Source: Alphaproteobacteria bacterium
GTDB lineage: Bacteria; Pseudomonadota; Alphaproteobacteria; JBFXJJ01
Reading direction: 5' to 3'
Assembly: GCA_050175015.1 (NCBI GenBank)
Contig: JBFXJJ010000004.1
Coordinates: forward strand, 128,001-192,000
Length of the DNA stretch: 64,000 nucleotides
The notes beneath the pieces are model-generated. The model saw only the letters and a list, made by a program, of their open reading frames with translations, had not been told where the DNA came from and made no database searches. A program made the translations under genes and the position numbers. Position 1 is the stretch's first letter. Each line of letters starts with the position of its first letter. Shown here one piece after another: positions 23,841-37,341 of this stretch.

Positions 23841-26800
23841 CTATTCAGCTTTAGAATCGGTTATAGCTGCAACTTCGTTTTCTTTCTTTATGGTAGCCAT
23901 TTCTTTATCATTTTGCGCAGCAATATGACGCAAACGGTTCATAAAGGCTCCCGTTCCAGTTGGAACCAAACGACCAACAATAACGTTTTCTTTCAGACCA
24001 TTCAAAGTATCAACTTTACCAGAAACAGAAGCCTCGGTTAATACTCTAGTTGTTTCTTGGAATGATGCCGCAGAAATAAATGATTTTGTCTGTAAGCTTG
24101 CTTTGGTAATACCAAGCAATACAGGTTCTGCAACTGCTGGTTTTCCACCTTCAGCTTCAGCTTTCTCATTTTCAGTCTTGAAAGTATCTAAATCAACCTG
24201 TTCTCCAAGCAGAAGCGTGGTATCACCGGTCTCAATAATTTCAACTTTCTGCAACATTTGACGAACGATAACTTCAATGTGTTTGTCATTGATTTTAACG
24301 CCTTGCAGACGGTAAACATCTTGAACTTCTTTAATTAAGTATTCTGCGAGTTTTTCAACACCTAAAATCCTTAATATGTCGTGAGGAACAGGGCTGCCGT
24401 CAACTAAGCTATCACCCTTGCGGACAAAGCTTCCTTCTTGGACAACCACGTGTTTACCCTTAGGTATCAAATATTCAACTTCTTCACCGTTTTCAGTCTT
24501 AATAACGATACGGCGTTTTGCTTTATAATCGCTTGCAAATTCAACCGTACCATCAGCTGTTGCAATAATAGCGTGATCTTTTGGACGTCTTGCTTCAAAT
24601 AACTCCGCAACTCGTGGCAAACCACCTGTAATATCTTTCGTTTTAGAGCTTTCTCTTGGTATTTTAGCTAAAACGTCACCGACTTTAACTTTGCTGCCAG
24701 GTTCAACTGAAATAATCGCATCAACTGACATAAAGTATCTTGCATCCATACCGTTATCAAATTTAACAATCTCATTATTGTCATCACGAAGCGTCATTCT
24801 TGGTTTTAAATCACTAGTTTTAGGCTGTGATTTCCAATCAATAACAACTTTAGAAGCAATACCTGTTGTTTCATCAACATTTTCACGATAAGAAACATTT
24901 TCAATCAAGTCGACAAAGTTTACGATACCTTCTTTTTCGGTAATGATTGGAATGGTATATGGATCCCACTCTACCAACTTCATACCTTTTGTTACATCAA
25001 TCTTATCTTTAATTAAGATTCTAGCACCATAAGGAATGCGGTATCTAGCTTTTTCACGTTTGTTACTATCAATAATAGCGACTTCGCAGTTACGTGACAT
25101 AACAATCGCGATACCTTGAGAATTCTTAATAACATTTTTGTTATAGAATTTTATTTTACCATCAAAGGCAGCCTCGATACTTGACTGCTGAGCACTACTT
25201 TGCGCAGCACCACCAATGTGGAACGTTCTCATTGTAAGCTGTGTTCCAGGTTCACCGATTGACTGAGCAGCGATAACACCAACAGCCTCACCGATGTTAA
25301 CTGGTGTTCCTCTTGCCAAATCACGACCATAACAAGCCGAACATACACCATCTTTACTTTCGCAAGTAAGAACAGAACGAATAAATAAACTTTCAATTCC
25401 AGCTTCTTCTAAAAGCTCAACATCGTGTTCATCTATAAGCTTGCCTTTAGGAACAATAACGTCCTTAGTTTCAGGATGGATAACATCTTCTTGAGATGTT
25501 CTGCCAAGCACTCTTTCACCTAAGGAAGCAATAACTTCACCACCATCAAGAATAGAACGTACAGTAATGCCTCTCTCTGTGCCACAATCATTTTGAGTAA
25601 TAATTGCGTCTTGAGCGACGTCAACCAACCTTCTGGTCAAATAACCTGAGTTCGCAGTCTTAAGAGCGGTATCAGCCAAACCTTTACGAGCACCGTGGGT
25701 AGAATTAAAGTATTCTAAAACGGTAAGACCTTCTTTAAAGTTTGAAATAATTGGAGTTTCAATAATTTCACCAGAAGGTTTAGCCATAAGACCACGCATA
25801 CCTGCGAGCTGTTTCATTTGAGCTGCGGAACCACGAGCACCAGAGTGAGCCATCATATAAACAGAGTTAACTGGCACGCCCTTTTCATATTTTGAAATTT
25901 CTTTCATCATTTCGTCAGAAACTTTATCGGTACAACGTGACCAAGCGTCAACAACCTTATTGTATTTTTCACCTTGAGTAATAAGACCTTCTTGGTACTG
26001 CTGTTCAAATTCTTTAACCTGATTTTCGGTTTCAGTAATAAGTTTGGTTTTAGTTTTTGGAACAACCAAATCATCTTTACCGAATGATACGCCAGATTTA
26101 GCAGCTTGGCGGAAGCCTAAGCCCATTAATCTATCAGCAAAAATAACCGTTTCTTTCTGACCGCAGTGACGATAAACCACATCAATAATATCTGAAACAT
26201 CTTTCTTACGAAGAAGTCTGTTAACTAAAGAAACGTGAATTTTTGGGTTTTTAGGAAGCATTTCAGTAACCATCATTCTTCCTGGTGTGGTCTCAATAAT
26301 TTGAGTACGATAAACTCCAACCTCATCATAAGCGTTAATACGGCATTTAACTTTAGCGTGAAGACTTACAACTTTCTCATTAAGAGCGTGTTCAATTTCA
26401 GCTAAATCAGTAAATACTGTACCCTCACCTTTTTCACCTTCAAGTTCCATAGTTAAGTAGTAAAGACCAAGAATAATGTCTTGGGTTGGAACAATAATAG
26501 GCTTGCCGTTTGCAGGAGAAAGAATGTTGTTTGTTGACATCATAAGCACACGGGCTTCAAGCTGAGCTTCAAGTGAAAGTGGAACGTGAACAGCCATTTG
26601 GTCGCCGTCAAAGTCTGCGTTAAATGCAGTACAAACTAACGGATGCAACTGAATAGCCTTACCTTCAATCAAAACAGGTTCAAAAGCTTGAATACCTAAT
26701 CTATGAAGCGTTGGAGCACGGTTTAACATAACTGGATGTTCGCGGATAACTTCTTCCAAAATATCCCAAACTTCAGGTCTTTCTCTTTCGACCATACGTT

Positions 26801-27995
26801 TTGCTGCTTTAATAGTTGTAGCCATTCCGTACAGCTCTAATTTAGCATAAACAAACGGTTTAAAGAGTTCTAATGCCATTTTCTTAGGAAGACCGCATTG
26901 ATGCAATAATAATTCAGGACCAACAACGATAACTGAACGTCCAGAGTAATCAACACGTTTACCTAATAAGTTTTGACGGAAACGACCTTGTTTACCTTTA
27001 AGCATATCAGCCAAAGATTTAAGAGGACGTTTGTTAGCACCTGTAATCGCTCTGCCTCTGCGACCGTTGTCAAACAATGCATCAACAGATTCCTGAAGCA
27101 TACGTTTTTCATTACGAATAATGATTTCTGGTGCTCTGAGTTCAATCAATCTTTTTAAACGATTATTACGGTTGATAACTCTACGATATAAGTCATTCAA
27201 ATCTGATGTTGCAAAACGACCGCCATCTAATGGAACCAAAGGACGCAACTCTGGTGGAATAACAGGGATAACATCTAAAATCATCCATTCTGGTCTAGAA
27301 TTAGATTCAATAAATGCTTCACAAAGTTTAAGTCTTTTTACAAGCTTTTTGCGTCTAGTTTCTGAATTGGTACCCTTTAATTCAGATTTGATTTTTTTCA
27401 GTTCTTCTTCTAAATCAATTTGAGAAAGAATTTCTTTAATTGCTTCAGCGCCAATACCAACTCTAAAAGCATCTTCACCGTAATCTTCTACAGCTTGCTG
27501 ATATTGCTCTTCGTTAAGAAGATCGTGAAGTTTTAATGGTGTAAACCCTGGTTCAATAACTATATAGCTCTCAAAATAGAGAACTTTTTCTAAACCTTTT
27601 AAAGTCATATCGACTAATAAACCGATACGGCTAGGAAGTGATTTCATAAACCAGATATGAGAAACTGGAGCAGCTAAATCGATATGCCCCATACGTTCAC
27701 GACGTACTTTGGAAAGCGTGACTTCAACACCGCACTTTTCACAAACAACGCCTCTGAATTTCATTCTCTTATATTTTCCGCAAAGACATTCATAGTCTTT
27801 AATCGGTCCAAAAATCCTAGAACAGAAAAGTCCATCTCTTTCTGGTTTAAATGTACGATAATTAATTGTTTCTGGTTTTTTTACTTCACCATAAGACCAA
27901 GATCTTATTTTTTCAGGTGATGCAATACTAATTTTTATTTCATCAAAAGATTGGGAGTTACTAACTTGCCCAAACACTTTAATCAGCTCATTCAT
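23841..27995 (-). CDS. rpoC: RNA polymerase beta-prime subunit
   Basis: Zn-finger Cys cluster, NADFDGD catalytic motif, [11 protein letters not shown]. Confidence 0.99.
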   Translation of the reverse strand: MNELIKVFGQVSNSQSFDEIKISIASPEKIRSWSYGEVKKPETINYRTFKPERDGLFCSRIFGPIKDYECLCGKYKRMKFRGVVCEKCGVEVTLSKVRRERMGHIDLAAPVSHIWFMKSLPSRIGLLVDMTLKGLEKVLYFESYIVIEPGFTPLKLHDLLNEEQYQQAVEDYGEDAFRVGIGAEAIKEILSQIDLEEELKKIKSELKGTNSETRRKKLVKRLKLCEAFIESNSRPEWMILDVIPVIPPELRPLVPLDGGRFATSDLNDLYRRVINRNNRLKRLIELRAPEIIIRNEKRMLQESVDALFDNGRRGRAITGANKRPLKSLADMLKGKQGRFRQNLLGKRVDYSGRSVIVVGPELLLHQCGLPKKMALELFKPFVYAKLELYGMATTIKAAKRMVERERPEVWDILEEVIREHPVMLNRAPTLHRLGIQAFEPVLIEGKAIQLHPLVCTAFNADFDGDQMAVHVPLSLEAQLEARVLMMSTNNILSPANGKPIIVPTQDIILGLYYLTMELEGEKGEGTVFTDLAEIEHALNEKVVSLHAKVKCRINAYDEVGVYRTQIIETTPGRMMVTEMLPKNPKIHVSLVNRLLRKKDVSDIIDVVYRHCGQKETVIFADRLMGLGFRQAAKSGVSFGKDDLVVPKTKTKLITETENQVKEFEQQYQEGLITQGEKYNKVVDAWSRCTDKVSDEMMKEISKYEKGVPVNSVYMMAHSGARGSAAQMKQLAGMRGLMAKPSGEIIETPIISNFKEGLTVLEYFNSTHGARKGLADTALKTANSGYLTRRLVDVAQDAIITQNDCGTERGITVRSILDGGEVIASLGERVLGRTSQEDVIHPETKDVIVPKGKLIDEHDVELLEEAGIESLFIRSVLTCESKDGVCSACYGRDLARGTPVNIGEAVGVIAAQSIGEPGTQLTMRTFHIGGAAQSSAQQSSIEAAFDGKIKFYNKNVIKNSQGIAIVMSRNCEVAIIDSNKREKARYRIPYGARILIKDKIDVTKGMKLVEWDPYTIPIITEKEGIVNFVDLIENVSYRENVDETTGIASKVVIDWKSQPKTSDLKPRMTLRDDNNEIVKFDNGMDARYFMSVDAIISVEPGSKVKVGDVLAKIPRESSKTKDITGGLPRVAELFEARRPKDHAIIATADGTVEFASDYKAKRRIVIKTENGEEVEYLIPKGKHVVVQEGSFVRKGDSLVDGSPVPHDILRILGVEKLAEYLIKEVQDVYRLQGVKINDKHIEVIVRQMLQKVEIIETGDTTLLLGEQVDLDTFKTENEKAEAEGGKPAVAEPVLLGITKASLQTKSFISAASFQETTRVLTEASVSGKVDTLNGLKENVIVGRLVPTGTGAFMNRLRHIAAQNDKEMATIKKENEVAAITDSKAE

Positions 27996-28118
27996 TATGA
28001 TGCCTCTCTAAAACTTTCTTGAAACTTATACGGGTATTAGTTCCTAATGGTTATAAACTCTTTTTTTAAAAACACAAATGTTTAAGAGGATAAAAAATCC
28101 TCTTAAACATTTTTTTAA

Positions 28119-31100
28119 CTATACATCTTTCTGATTCAACTCAACATTGAGACCGAGAGAACGAATTTCCTTAACAAGAACGTTAAATGACTCAGGAACC
28201 CCTGCTTCAAACGTATCATCGCCACGAATAATCGACTCATAGACTTTAGCTCTGCCAGAAACATCATCAGACTTAACTGTTAACATTTCCTGCAAAGTAT
28301 AAGCTGCACCATATGCTTCTAAAGCCCAAACTTCCATTTCACCGAATCTTTGTCCGCCGAATTGAGCCTTGCCGCCTAACGGCTGTTGGGTAACCAAACT
28401 ATAAGGACCAATTGAACGAGCGTGAATTTTGTCATCAACTAAGTGATGGAGTTTAAGCATATAAATATAACCAATAGTGGTTGGGCGATCAAAAGCTTCA
28501 CCTGTTCTTCCATCATAAAGAACAACCTGTCCGCTTCTTGGAAGCCCTGCTTTTTCAAGCATATCAACGATATCTTTCTCTTTAGCACCATCAAAAACTG
28601 GCGTTGCAATAGGAACACCTTTTTTCAGGTTTTCAGAAAGCTCTAAAACTTTTTCGTCGTCAAGTGAAGCTATTTCCTTTCTAAAGGTTTCCTTACCATA
28701 AACATTAAGAAGAGTATCTTTTAAATCATCAATATTTTTCTTGTTGTATTTAATATCTTCTAAGAGTCTAGTAATCTGTTCACCAAAAGCGTGACAAGCC
28801 CAGCCTAAATGGGTTTCCAAAATTTGTCCCACATTCATACGTGATGGCACACCTAAAGGATTAAGCACAAGATCAACAGGCGTACCGTCTTCGGTATAAG
28901 GCATATCTTCAACAGGAATAATTCTTGAAACCACACCTTTATTACCATGACGACCAGCCATTTTATCTCCAGGTTGCAATTTACGCTTAACAGCAATAAA
29001 TACTTTAACCATTTTCAAAACGCCTGGAAGCATTTCATCGCCACGTTGAAGTTTCTTAACCTTGTTTTCAAAACGAGCCTTAAGAATTTCAATGTTTTTA
29101 TCAAAGACTGTAGCCATTTTTTCAATATCTTTCATAGCTTCTTCATCTTCGACAACGATTTTGCGCCACTGTGAACTTGGAACTCTTGCTAAAATTTCTT
29201 CATTAAGAATTTCATTCACATTAATGCCTTCTGGAGCATTAACAACCTTCTTACCCAAGAGTTCTTCTTTAAGACGAGCATCAAAGCTTACTTGTAAAAT
29301 AGATTTTTCGTCATCACGGTCTTTTGCAAGGCGTTCAATTTCTGCCTGCTCAATAGCCATAGCACGTTGATCTTTTTCAACACCTCTTCTAGAGAAGACA
29401 CGAACATCAACGATTGTTCCGTAAACACCAGGAGGAACTCTTAAAGATGTATCTCTTACATCAGCTGCTTTTTCACCAAAAATAGCTCTCAGAAGCTTTT
29501 CTTCTGGCGTCATTGGAGATTCACCCTTAGGGGTAACTTTACCAACGAGAATATCTCCAGCTTCAACTTCTGCGCCGATATAAACGACACCGGCTTCATC
29601 AAGATTTTTAAGAGCTTCTTCACCAACGTTAGGAATATCTCTAGTTATTTCCTCTTGACCAAGCTTGGTATCACGAGCCATAACCTCAAATTCTTCAACG
29701 TGAATAGAGGTAAAGACATCTTCTTTAACAATACGTTCAGAAATCAAAATTGAATCTTCGTAGTTGTAACCATTCCAAGGCATAAATGCGACCAAAACGT
29801 TACGACCCAAAGCTAATTCGCCCATATCAGTACAAGGACCATCAGCAATAATATCACCAACTCTTACAATGTCACCAACTGAAACCAATGGTTTTTGATT
29901 GATACATGTACTCTGGTTAGAACGAAGGAATTTATTAAGGTTATAAATTTCAACGCCAGTCTCTGTTGAAGTTTTCTTATCTGTGCAGCGGACAACAATA
30001 CGAGTACCGTCAATTTGTTGAACAATACCATTAGAACGAGCCACAATAGCTGCACGAGAGTCTCTGGCAACAGCACCTTCCATACCAGTACCAACTAATG
30101 GTGCCTCGTTCTTAAGAAGAGGAACAGCTTGACGCTGCATGTTTGATCCCATCAATGCACGGTTTGCGTCATCGTTTTCCAAGAATGGAATTAAAGCCGC
30201 AGCAACCGAAACCAACTGTTTAGGAGAAACGTCAATAAAATGAATTTCTTCTGGAGGAACAATTACAAAGCCATCAGCTTTACGACAGTAAACCAGTTCT
30301 TCTTTAAAGCGATTCTTGCTATCAAGCTCTGAATTTGCCTGAGCAATGTTATAACGCCATTCTTCCATAGCAGAAAGATATACAACTTCATCTGTAACAT
30401 GGCCGTCAACAACTCTGCGATAAGGACTTTCGATAAAACCATAACGGTTTACTCTTGCAAAAGTAGCAAGAGAGTTAATCAAACCAATATTAGGACCTTC
30501 AGGCGTTTCAATAGGACAAATACGACCATAATGGGTTGGGTGAACGTCTCGAACTTCGAAGCCTGCACGTTCACGGGTAAGACCACCAGGACCCAAAGCC
30601 GAAAGACGTCTTTTATGTGTAATTTCTGCTAAAGGATTGGTCTGATCCATAAACTGAGATAACTGAGAAGAACCAAAGAATTCACGAACAGATGCAACAA
30701 CAGGTTTTGCATTAATCAAATCCTGAGGCATAACAGTATCAATATCAACAGAACTCATACGTTCACGAATAGCTCTTTCCATACGAAGAAGACCAATACG
30801 ATATTGATTTTCCATAAGTTCACCAACGGAACGGACACGTCTGTTGCCTAAGTGGTCAATATCATCAATTTCGCCCTTGCCGTCTTTTAAATCAGCAAGC
30901 GTTTTTACAATAAGAAGAATATCTTCTCTTCTTAAAACTCTCATATCGTCTGGAGCATCTTCTGCGCTAATATCAAGGCGGGCATTCATTTTTACACGAC
31001 CAACTGATGACAAATCATAGCGCTCAGGATCAAAGAACAAGCTATTAAATAAGTATTCTGCAGCCTCAATCGTAGGTGGTTCACCTGGGCGCATAACTCT

Positions 31101-32300
31101 ATAAATATCAATTAAAGCTTCTTCTCTAGATCTGTTTTTATCTACATCTAAAGTATTTCTGATGTAAGGACCAACATTAATGTTATCAATAAAAAGTAGT
31201 GAAATTTCATCAATGCCTGCTTTTTTCAATTTTTTAAGATTCTCAGCTGTAATTTCATCGCCAGGATTAATAAAAGCCTCATCTTCCTTGCCTTTGAATA
31301 TCGTCTGAGCAGAGTAAGAACCAACTAAATCTTCTTCTGTAATTAAAATCTCTTTCAAGCCTGATTCAACTAATTTCTTAGCCTGTCTTGGTGTAATTTT
31401 TTTGCCAGCTTCGGCTACGACTTCACCGTTTTCAGCATTAACTAAAGGATTTATTAGTTTAAGACCTTTCATTCTATCAGCATCAAATGAAGTCTTCCAA
31501 CCATTTTCAACTCTGGTATAAACAACGGTATCATAAAAATATGATAAAATATCTTCTGACGTTAAGCCTTTTACTTCATTAGGGCTTAAACTACGTCCAT
31601 CTTTTTCTGCTAGTTTGCGTTTTGCTGCGGTCTCTGCATTATCTAAAGCATAAAGGAACGTTGTAACAGGAAGCTTACGGCGGCGGTCGATACGTGCATA
31701 AATAACATCTTTATGGTCAAATTCGAAATCGAGCCAAGAACCACGATAAGGAATAATTCTGGCTGCAAACAAATATTTACCAGAAGAGTGTGTTTTGCCA
31801 CCATCATGATCGAAGAAAACACCAGGAGAACGGTGCATCTGAGAAACAATAACTCTTTCAGTGCCATTAACAACAAAGGTGCCTTTTGCCGTCATAAGAG
31901 GCATATCACCCATATAGACATCTTGTTCCTTGATATCTCTAACAGATCTGGCGCCGGTGTCTTCATCAACATCCCAAACAACCAGTCTCATTGTAACTCT
32001 TAAAGGCGCAGAAAAAGTTAAACCACGTTGTAAACATTCATCAACATCATATTTTGGTTCATCAAATTCATATTTGATATACTCTAATTCACCTTTTCCT
32101 GAAAAGTCTTTAATTGGAAAAACAGATCTGAAAACTTCTTGAAGTCCAGTCTCTGTTCTACTTTCCGATTTAATAAATTGTTGTAAAAATTGATTATAAG
32201 AACTCATCTGAACTTCGATGAGGTTTGGCATGGTCGCAACTGATGAAATTTTTCCGAAATCTTTGCGAATACGCTTCTTTGCCGTAAGAGATTTAGCCAT
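28119..32300 (-). CDS. rpoB: RNA polymerase beta subunit
   Basis: [29 protein letters not shown]. Confidence 0.99.
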   Translation of the reverse strand: MAKSLTAKKRIRKDFGKISSVATMPNLIEVQMSSYNQFLQQFIKSESRTETGLQEVFRSVFPIKDFSGKGELEYIKYEFDEPKYDVDECLQRGLTFSAPLRVTMRLVVWDVDEDTGARSVRDIKEQDVYMGDMPLMTAKGTFVVNGTERVIVSQMHRSPGVFFDHDGGKTHSSGKYLFAARIIPYRGSWLDFEFDHKDVIYARIDRRRKLPVTTFLYALDNAETAAKRKLAEKDGRSLSPNEVKGLTSEDILSYFYDTVVYTRVENGWKTSFDADRMKGLKLINPLVNAENGEVVAEAGKKITPRQAKKLVESGLKEILITEEDLVGSYSAQTIFKGKEDEAFINPGDEITAENLKKLKKAGIDEISLLFIDNINVGPYIRNTLDVDKNRSREEALIDIYRVMRPGEPPTIEAAEYLFNSLFFDPERYDLSSVGRVKMNARLDISAEDAPDDMRVLRREDILLIVKTLADLKDGKGEIDDIDHLGNRRVRSVGELMENQYRIGLLRMERAIRERMSSVDIDTVMPQDLINAKPVVASVREFFGSSQLSQFMDQTNPLAEITHKRRLSALGPGGLTRERAGFEVRDVHPTHYGRICPIETPEGPNIGLINSLATFARVNRYGFIESPYRRVVDGHVTDEVVYLSAMEEWRYNIAQANSELDSKNRFKEELVYCRKADGFVIVPPEEIHFIDVSPKQLVSVAAALIPFLENDDANRALMGSNMQRQAVPLLKNEAPLVGTGMEGAVARDSRAAIVARSNGIVQQIDGTRIVVRCTDKKTSTETGVEIYNLNKFLRSNQSTCINQKPLVSVGDIVRVGDIIADGPCTDMGELALGRNVLVAFMPWNGYNYEDSILISERIVKEDVFTSIHVEEFEVMARDTKLGQEEITRDIPNVGEEALKNLDEAGVVYIGAEVEAGDILVGKVTPKGESPMTPEEKLLRAIFGEKAADVRDTSLRVPPGVYGTIVDVRVFSRRGVEKDQRAMAIEQAEIERLAKDRDDEKSILQVSFDARLKEELLGKKVVNAPEGINVNEILNEEILARVPSSQWRKIVVEDEEAMKDIEKMATVFDKNIEILKARFENKVKKLQRGDEMLPGVLKMVKVFIAVKRKLQPGDKMAGRHGNKGVVSRIIPVEDMPYTEDGTPVDLVLNPLGVPSRMNVGQILETHLGWACHAFGEQITRLLEDIKYNKKNIDDLKDTLLNVYGKETFRKEIASLDDEKVLELSENLKKGVPIATPVFDGAKEKDIVDMLEKAGLPRSGQVVLYDGRTGEAFDRPTTIGYIYMLKLHHLVDDKIHARSIGPYSLVTQQPLGGKAQFGGQRFGEMEVWALEAYGAAYTLQEMLTVKSDDVSGRAKVYESIIRGDDTFEAGVPESFNVLVKEIRSLGLNVELNQKDV

Positions 32301-32524
32301 TTTTTAGATTCTCCGTTGTCATTAAACCTTGTAGACCGCACAATCTGATTTAACGACACCCTGCAACAATTCTATTCAGAAAAATCTGAAACCCCGCTAG
32401 CAGAATGCATAAAAAAATTGTTCTTAATTTATAAAAATTAAAATTCACTAAGCCAGAAACATCCCTTTAATAAGGTCTTATTCCGGCTTAGTGATATAAA
32501 AAGCAATAGTTTTATTAAGAAAAA

Positions 32525-32902
32525 CTATTTAATTTCAACTTTAGCACCTGCTGCTTCAAGTTTTTTCTTCATTTCGTCTGCTTCTTCTTTAGAAACACCT
32601 TCTTTAACAGTCTTTGGAGCACCTTCTACGAGGTCTTTTGCTTCTTTAAGACCAAGACTGGTAATAGCACGAACTTCTTTAATAACGTTAATTTTATTTG
32701 CTCCAGCATCAGCAAGAACAACATCAAATTCGGTTTTAGCTTCAGCAGCTTCACCAGCAGCAGCACCGCCTGCAACAGCAGCAACAGCTACAGGAGCAGC
32801 AGCAGAAACGCCCCATTTTTCTTCGAGTAATTTTGAAAGTTCTGCAGCTTCAATAACTGTAAGTTTTGAAAGTTCGTCAACTAATTTGGCAAGATCAGCC
32901 AT
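32525..32902 (-). CDS. rplL: 50S ribosomal protein L7/L12
   Basis: GVSAAAPVA hinge, [11 protein letters not shown]. Confidence 0.98.
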   Translation of the reverse strand: MADLAKLVDELSKLTVIEAAELSKLLEEKWGVSAAAPVAVAAVAGGAAAGEAAEAKTEFDVVLADAGANKINVIKEVRAITSLGLKEAKDLVEGAPKTVKEGVSKEEADEMKKKLEAAGAKVEIK

Positions 32903-33009
32903 TTCTTTATCTCCTAAAAATTTATATAAATATTTTTTTAACTAACATTTAAGTATTTTAAAAATCAAAATACTTCAAAAAATTTTGTGTATAAAATCCT
33001 TATACACCC

Positions 33010-33519
33010 TTAACCCTTTTTAGCATAAGCATCACAAACTCTAGCCAACTGAGCAGCTGGAGCCTGAGTAACACATGCAAGACGAGTAGCTGGGGTTTGA
33101 AGAACAGCAATAATTTTAGAGCGTAACTCATCAAGAGATGGTAACGCAGCTAATGTTTTTACTTGATCTTCACTTAAGGTTTGACCGTCCATCGCAGCTC
33201 CGAGAACAATCAAGCTCTTATTTCCCTTAGCAAAATCAACGACTGGTTTAGCAGCTGCAACAGGATCTTTAGCATAAGCTATTGCTGTTGGACCTTCAAA
33301 AAGATCTGCTAAGCCATCGAATTTAGTACCCGCAAGGGCAAGGCGTGTAAGCCGATTTTTAGTAACACGAAAATCGGCACCAGCTTTACTGATTTTTCTA
33401 CGAAGATCATTCATATCAGTAACCGTTAACCCCTTATAATGGGTTACAACTACCGTTGATGCTTCATCGAATAAACCTTTGAGCTCGGCAACCAATTCTT
33501 TTTTTTCTTCACGGTTCAC
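33010..33519 (-). CDS. rplJ: 50S ribosomal protein L10
   Basis: YKGLTV, VTKNRL, GPTAIA, LPSLDELR; GTG start at 33519 with GGAG RBS. Confidence 0.97.
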   Translation of the reverse strand: MNREEKKELVAELKGLFDEASTVVVTHYKGLTVTDMNDLRRKISKAGADFRVTKNRLTRLALAGTKFDGLADLFEGPTAIAYAKDPVAAAKPVVDFAKGNKSLIVLGAAMDGQTLSEDQVKTLAALPSLDELRSKIIAVLQTPATRLACVTQAPAAQLARVCDAYAKKG

Positions 33520-33655
33520 TTTTTCTTGCTCCTTAAGGCGGAGTTGATTTTCAACTCCAAGGTTAAACACACTCTTTCGATTTTATTCAAAAGAGAGATA
33601 AAACCTGCCCCAAAGTTAATTTTTCTTAAAAACATTTATATAAGATCATTAACTT

Positions 33656-33713
33656 CCTGTCTGCGTTGGCGGTTATCCTTTAACTTTTTCAAGCACCGAC
33701 GGTCTTGGACAGG
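33656..33713 (-). promoter_or_regulatory. L10 ribosomal protein leader (autogenous control)
   Basis: Minus strand cctgtccAAGACCGtcggtgc...ccaacGCAGACagg upstream of rplJ resembles the L10-leader AAGAC...GYAGAC core. Confidence 0.7.
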
Positions 33714-33752
33714 TTTATCCTTTAATGCTGCAAAAAATGCAGCAAATTCTTT

Positions 33753-34454
33753 TTAGTCAGCCATATCAATGCTGCTGATATTCAATCTAAGACCAGGTCC
33801 CATCGTTGTGCTAACTGAACATTTTTTCATGTATGTTCCTTTAGAACCTGATGGTTTAGCCTTATTTATAGCTTTCATAAATGCAACTATGTTTTCTGAA
33901 ATTTGTTTTTCATCAAAACTTAATTTGCCAACACCAGCTTGAACAAGACCAGCTTTTTCAACACGGAATTGAACTTGACCAGATTTAGCTTCAGTAACAG
34001 CTTTGCCAACATCGGTTGTAACTGTTCCAAGCTTTGGATTTGGCATTAAGCCTCTTGGGCCTAAAACCTTACCTAAACGACCAACAACACCCATCATATC
34101 AGGAGTTGCAATACAACGGTCAAAATCCATCAAACCATCTTGAATTTTCTTCATTAAGTCTTCTGAACCAACATATTCAGCACCAGCATCTAAAGCTTCT
34201 TTTGCTTTATCGCCTTTTGCAAAAACTGCAACTTTAACGCTTTTTCCTGTTCCATGAGGAAGAGAAACAACGCCTCTAACCATCTGGTCAGCATGTCTTG
34301 GATCAACACCAAGAGCCACACAAACTTCAACAGTTTCATCAAATTTAGCTTTTGTAAAAGACTTCATAACTTTAACAGCGTCGTTTAAATCATAATTTTT
34401 AGATTTATCAACAAGGCCGTTATTTGTTTTTAAACGTTTACCTAGTTTTGCCAT
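33753..34454 (-). CDS. rplA: 50S ribosomal protein L1
   Basis: [24 protein letters not shown]. Confidence 0.98.
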   Translation of the reverse strand: MAKLGKRLKTNNGLVDKSKNYDLNDAVKVMKSFTKAKFDETVEVCVALGVDPRHADQMVRGVVSLPHGTGKSVKVAVFAKGDKAKEALDAGAEYVGSEDLMKKIQDGLMDFDRCIATPDMMGVVGRLGKVLGPRGLMPNPKLGTVTTDVGKAVTEAKSGQVQFRVEKAGLVQAGVGKLSFDEKQISENIVAFMKAINKAKPSGSKGTYMKKCSVSTTMGPGLRLNISSIDMAD

Positions 34455-34460
34455 TGTCTT

Positions 34461-34889
34461 TTACTCCACAACTTCAATGCCCATAGATCTTGCTTGACCT
34501 GCAACCATAGAAGCGGCAGCTTCAACAGTCTCGCAGTTAAGATCTGGCAGTTTTTTTGATGCTATTTCATCTATTTGAGCTTTTGTAATACGCCCAGCAA
34601 CATTACGACCTGGCTCTTTAGAAGCTTTTGATACATTAGCAGCTTTTTTAATAAAATAGCTAACTGGTGGTAACTTGGTTATAAAAGAAAATGTTCTGTC
34701 AGCATAAGCTGTGATGATAACAGGTATTGGCATACCTGGTTCCATTTTTTGAGTAGCTGCATTAAATGATTTGCAGAACTCCATAATATTAAGACCTCTT
34801 TGTCCCAAAGCTGGACCAATTGGTGGCGAAGGATTCGCTTTACCAGCAGGAACTTGCAGTTTAATAAAACCGATAACTTTTTTTGCCAT
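34461..34889 (-). CDS. rplK: 50S ribosomal protein L11
   Basis: [20 protein letters not shown]; start trimmed to ATG 34889. Confidence 0.98.
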   Translation of the reverse strand: MAKKVIGFIKLQVPAGKANPSPPIGPALGQRGLNIMEFCKSFNAATQKMEPGMPIPVIITAYADRTFSFITKLPPVSYFIKKAANVSKASKEPGRNVAGRITKAQIDEIASKKLPDLNCETVEAAASMVAGQARSMGIEVVE

Positions 34890-34946
34890 CTTAAACCTCA
34901 ATTCAATTATTAATAAAACCCCTTACGGGATACTCTTTTAAGGCAC

Positions 34947-34976
34947 CGTGGTAACAGTTATGGCCAACTTCCCACG
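34947..34976 (-). promoter_or_regulatory. Probable L1-binding leader upstream of rplK
   Basis: Minus strand cGTGGGAAG...ttACCACg stem with internal loop, resembling L1 mRNA target sites. Confidence 0.55.
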
Positions 34977-35022
34977 AATTTTATGCTATAAAAAATAGCA
35001 ATCGGGATTGCCTATAAATCCC

Positions 35023-35553
35023 TTAAACTTTTTCGACTTGTAAAAACTCTAGCTCAACAGGAGTTGCCCTGCCGAAAATAGATACAGAAACTTTTAATCT
35101 TGATTTTTCATAATCAACATCTTCAACAAGACCAACAAAAGAAGCAAAAGGTCCTTCAGAAACCCTAATTTGCTCTCCTATTTCAAAACTTAAAGCTGTT
35201 TTTGGTTTTTCAATACCTTCAGCAACTTGTTTTACAATCCTTACAGCTTCAGCCTCACTGATTGGTGTGGGCTTGCCTTTACTGCCAAGAAAACCTGTAA
35301 CTTTAGGAGTATCTTTAACCAAGTGCCAAGTTTCATCTGTAAGTTCCATATTGACTAAAACATATCCAGGAAAGAACTTGCGTTCAGACTTTACTGCTGC
35401 ACCTTTTTTGACATCAATAACTTCTTCCATAGGTACCAAAACCTGCTTGAACAAGTCTTCCATTTTCTTTTTCTGCGCTTGCTCTTTAATTGATTCTGCT
35501 ACCTTTTTTTCAAAGCCAGAATAAACGTGAACAACATACCAAGCTGCAGCCAT
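35023..35553 (-). CDS. nusG: Transcription termination/antitermination factor NusG
   Basis: WYVVHVYSGFE, FFPGYVLV, KOW GPF, IFGR.TPVEL. Confidence 0.98.
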   Translation of the reverse strand: MAAAWYVVHVYSGFEKKVAESIKEQAQKKKMEDLFKQVLVPMEEVIDVKKGAAVKSERKFFPGYVLVNMELTDETWHLVKDTPKVTGFLGSKGKPTPISEAEAVRIVKQVAEGIEKPKTALSFEIGEQIRVSEGPFASFVGLVEDVDYEKSRLKVSVSIFGRATPVELEFLQVEKV

Positions 35554-35564
35554 TACTTAGCCTC

Positions 35565-35756
35565 CTAAATACCAAATATAAGTTTTATGACCCAGCCAAA
35601 AATTTGGTCAACAAAGAAAAAGAACATAGCTATGATTGAAGTCATAACCAGAACTACACCGGTTGAAACCAAAGCCTCATTTTTAGTTGGCCAAGTTACC
35701 TTTAATATTTCTTGTTTAACTTGGCGCATAAATTGCGCTGGACTAGTTTTTGCCAT
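35565..35756 (-). CDS. secE: Preprotein translocase subunit SecE
   Basis: E..KVTWP motif plus single TM; between tRNA-Trp and nusG. Confidence 0.95.
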   Translation of the reverse strand: MAKTSPAQFMRQVKQEILKVTWPTKNEALVSTGVVLVMTSIIAMFFFFVDQIFGWVIKLIFGI

Positions 35757-35837
35757 AATTTTTACCAAATATTTTTTACAATCGTGCTTCTTTTTAACTC
35801 AAAATATTCATTATTATTAATAAACATTCTAATTAAC

Positions 35838-35913
35838 TGGCAGGGGTGACAGGTCTCGAACCCGTAGCCCCCGGTTTTGGAGACCGGTGCTCTACCAATT
35901 GAGCTACACCCCT
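35838..35913 (-). tRNA. tRNA-Trp (CCA)
   Basis: AGGGGTGTAGCTCAATTGGTAGAGCACCGGTCTCCAAAACCGG...GGTTCGAGACC...CCCCTGCCA, 76 nt. Confidence 0.97.
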
Positions 35914-35919
35914 ATAACC

Positions 35920-37194
35920 AAAACACTATTCGGAACGAGGAAAATACCTCGTTCCGAACAGAAAAACAAGAACTTTTTTTAAATTCTTCGTTTTTTCTTA
36001 TTTTACGATAGATGCTACCACTCCTGCACCTACTGTACGACCACCTTCTCTAATCGCAAATCTTAAGCCTTCATCCATCGCAATCGGAGCTATTAGATTG
36101 ATCTTCATAGAAATGTTATCGCCTGGCATAACCATCTCTACTCCTGATGGTAATTCTATCGAACCGGTTACGTCCGTTGTTCTAAAATAAAACTGGGGAC
36201 GATAGTTCGAGAAAAATGGAGTATGACGACCACCTTCTTCTTTTGTTAAAATATAACATTCACAATTGAATTCGGTATGTGGTGTAATTGAACCTGGTTT
36301 TGCTAATACTTGACCACGTTCAACGTCATCTCTTTTCGTGCCTCTCAATAAAACACCAATGTTGTCGCCTGCTTCGCCTTGATCAAGAAGCTTACGGAAC
36401 ATTTCAACACCCGTACAAGTAGTCTTCGTGGTATCTTTTAAACCTACTATCTCTACTTCTTCGCCTACTTTCAATACGCCGCGTTCTACTCTGCCGGTTA
36501 CAACTGTACCACGGCCAGAAATAGAAAATACGTCTTCAATTGGCATCAAAAATGGTAAATCTTTGGGACGATCTGGTTGTGGAATATATTTGTCAACTTC
36601 TGCCATCAACTTCAATACTGCTTCCTTACCAATCTTTGGATCCTTGTCTTCCAACACTGCTAATGCTGAACCAGGGATAATTGGAATATCATCGCCTGGG
36701 AAATCATAAGAAGATAATAATTCTCTCAGCTCTAATTCAACTAATTCCAATAATTCTGGATCGTCTACTTGGTCAACCTTATTCAAAAATACTACTAACG
36801 CTGGAACACCTACTTGTCTTGCTAACAAAATGTGCTCTCTCGTCTGTGGCATTGGACCATCAGCTGCTGATACTACTAATATCGCTCCGTCCATCTGAGC
36901 TGCTCCAGTAATCATGTTCTTAACATAGTCAGCATGTCCCGGACAGTCTACGTGCGCATAGTGCCTATTCGCTGTCTCATACTCTACGTGTGCTGTAGAT
37001 ATGGTGATACCTCTAGCTTTCTCTTCCGGTGCCTTGTCTATCTGGTCATATGCTGTAAACTCTGCACCACCTGCTTCCGCTAATACTTTCGTGATCGCTG
37101 CCGTTAATGAGGTCTTGCCATGGTCTACGTGACCTATCGTACCTATGTTACAATGCGGCTTCGTCCTCTCAAATTTCTCCTTAGCCATCTATCT
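35920..37194. repeat. Direct repeat copy 2 (1275 bp): tuf plus flanks
   Basis: Matches 19217..20491. Confidence 0.95.
35998..37188 (-). CDS. tuf: Elongation factor Tu (tRNA-linked copy)
   Basis: Protein identical to 19295..20485. Confidence 0.99.
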   Translation of the reverse strand: MAKEKFERTKPHCNIGTIGHVDHGKTSLTAAITKVLAEAGGAEFTAYDQIDKAPEEKARGITISTAHVEYETANRHYAHVDCPGHADYVKNMITGAAQMDGAILVVSAADGPMPQTREHILLARQVGVPALVVFLNKVDQVDDPELLELVELELRELLSSYDFPGDDIPIIPGSALAVLEDKDPKIGKEAVLKLMAEVDKYIPQPDRPKDLPFLMPIEDVFSISGRGTVVTGRVERGVLKVGEEVEIVGLKDTTKTTCTGVEMFRKLLDQGEAGDNIGVLLRGTKRDDVERGQVLAKPGSITPHTEFNCECYILTKEEGGRHTPFFSNYRPQFYFRTTDVTGSIELPSGVEMVMPGDNISMKINLIAPIAMDEGLRFAIREGGRTVGAGVVASIVK

Positions 37195-37234
37195 GTCCTG
37201 CCTTTTACTTTCAATTAAGGTTAAACTTTAAAAT

Positions 37235-37308
37235 TGGAGCGGGTGAAGGGAATCGAACCCTCACGACCAGCTTGGAAGGCTGGGGCTCTACCATTGAGCT
37301 ACACCCGC
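37235..37308 (-). tRNA. tRNA-Gly (TCC)
   Basis: GCGGGTGTAGCTCAATGGTAGAGCCCCAGCCTTCCAAGCTGG...GGTTCGATTCC...CCCGCTCCA, 74 nt. Confidence 0.97.
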
Positions 37309-37341
37309 AAAACTGAGAATATATTTTTTTATCTCAGTAAT

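Noticed and set aside
4917-37188. Many 60-133 aa ORFs antisense or out of frame to ribosomal and RNA polymerase genes
   Set aside because: Shadow ORFs of conserved genes, with no recognisable motifs
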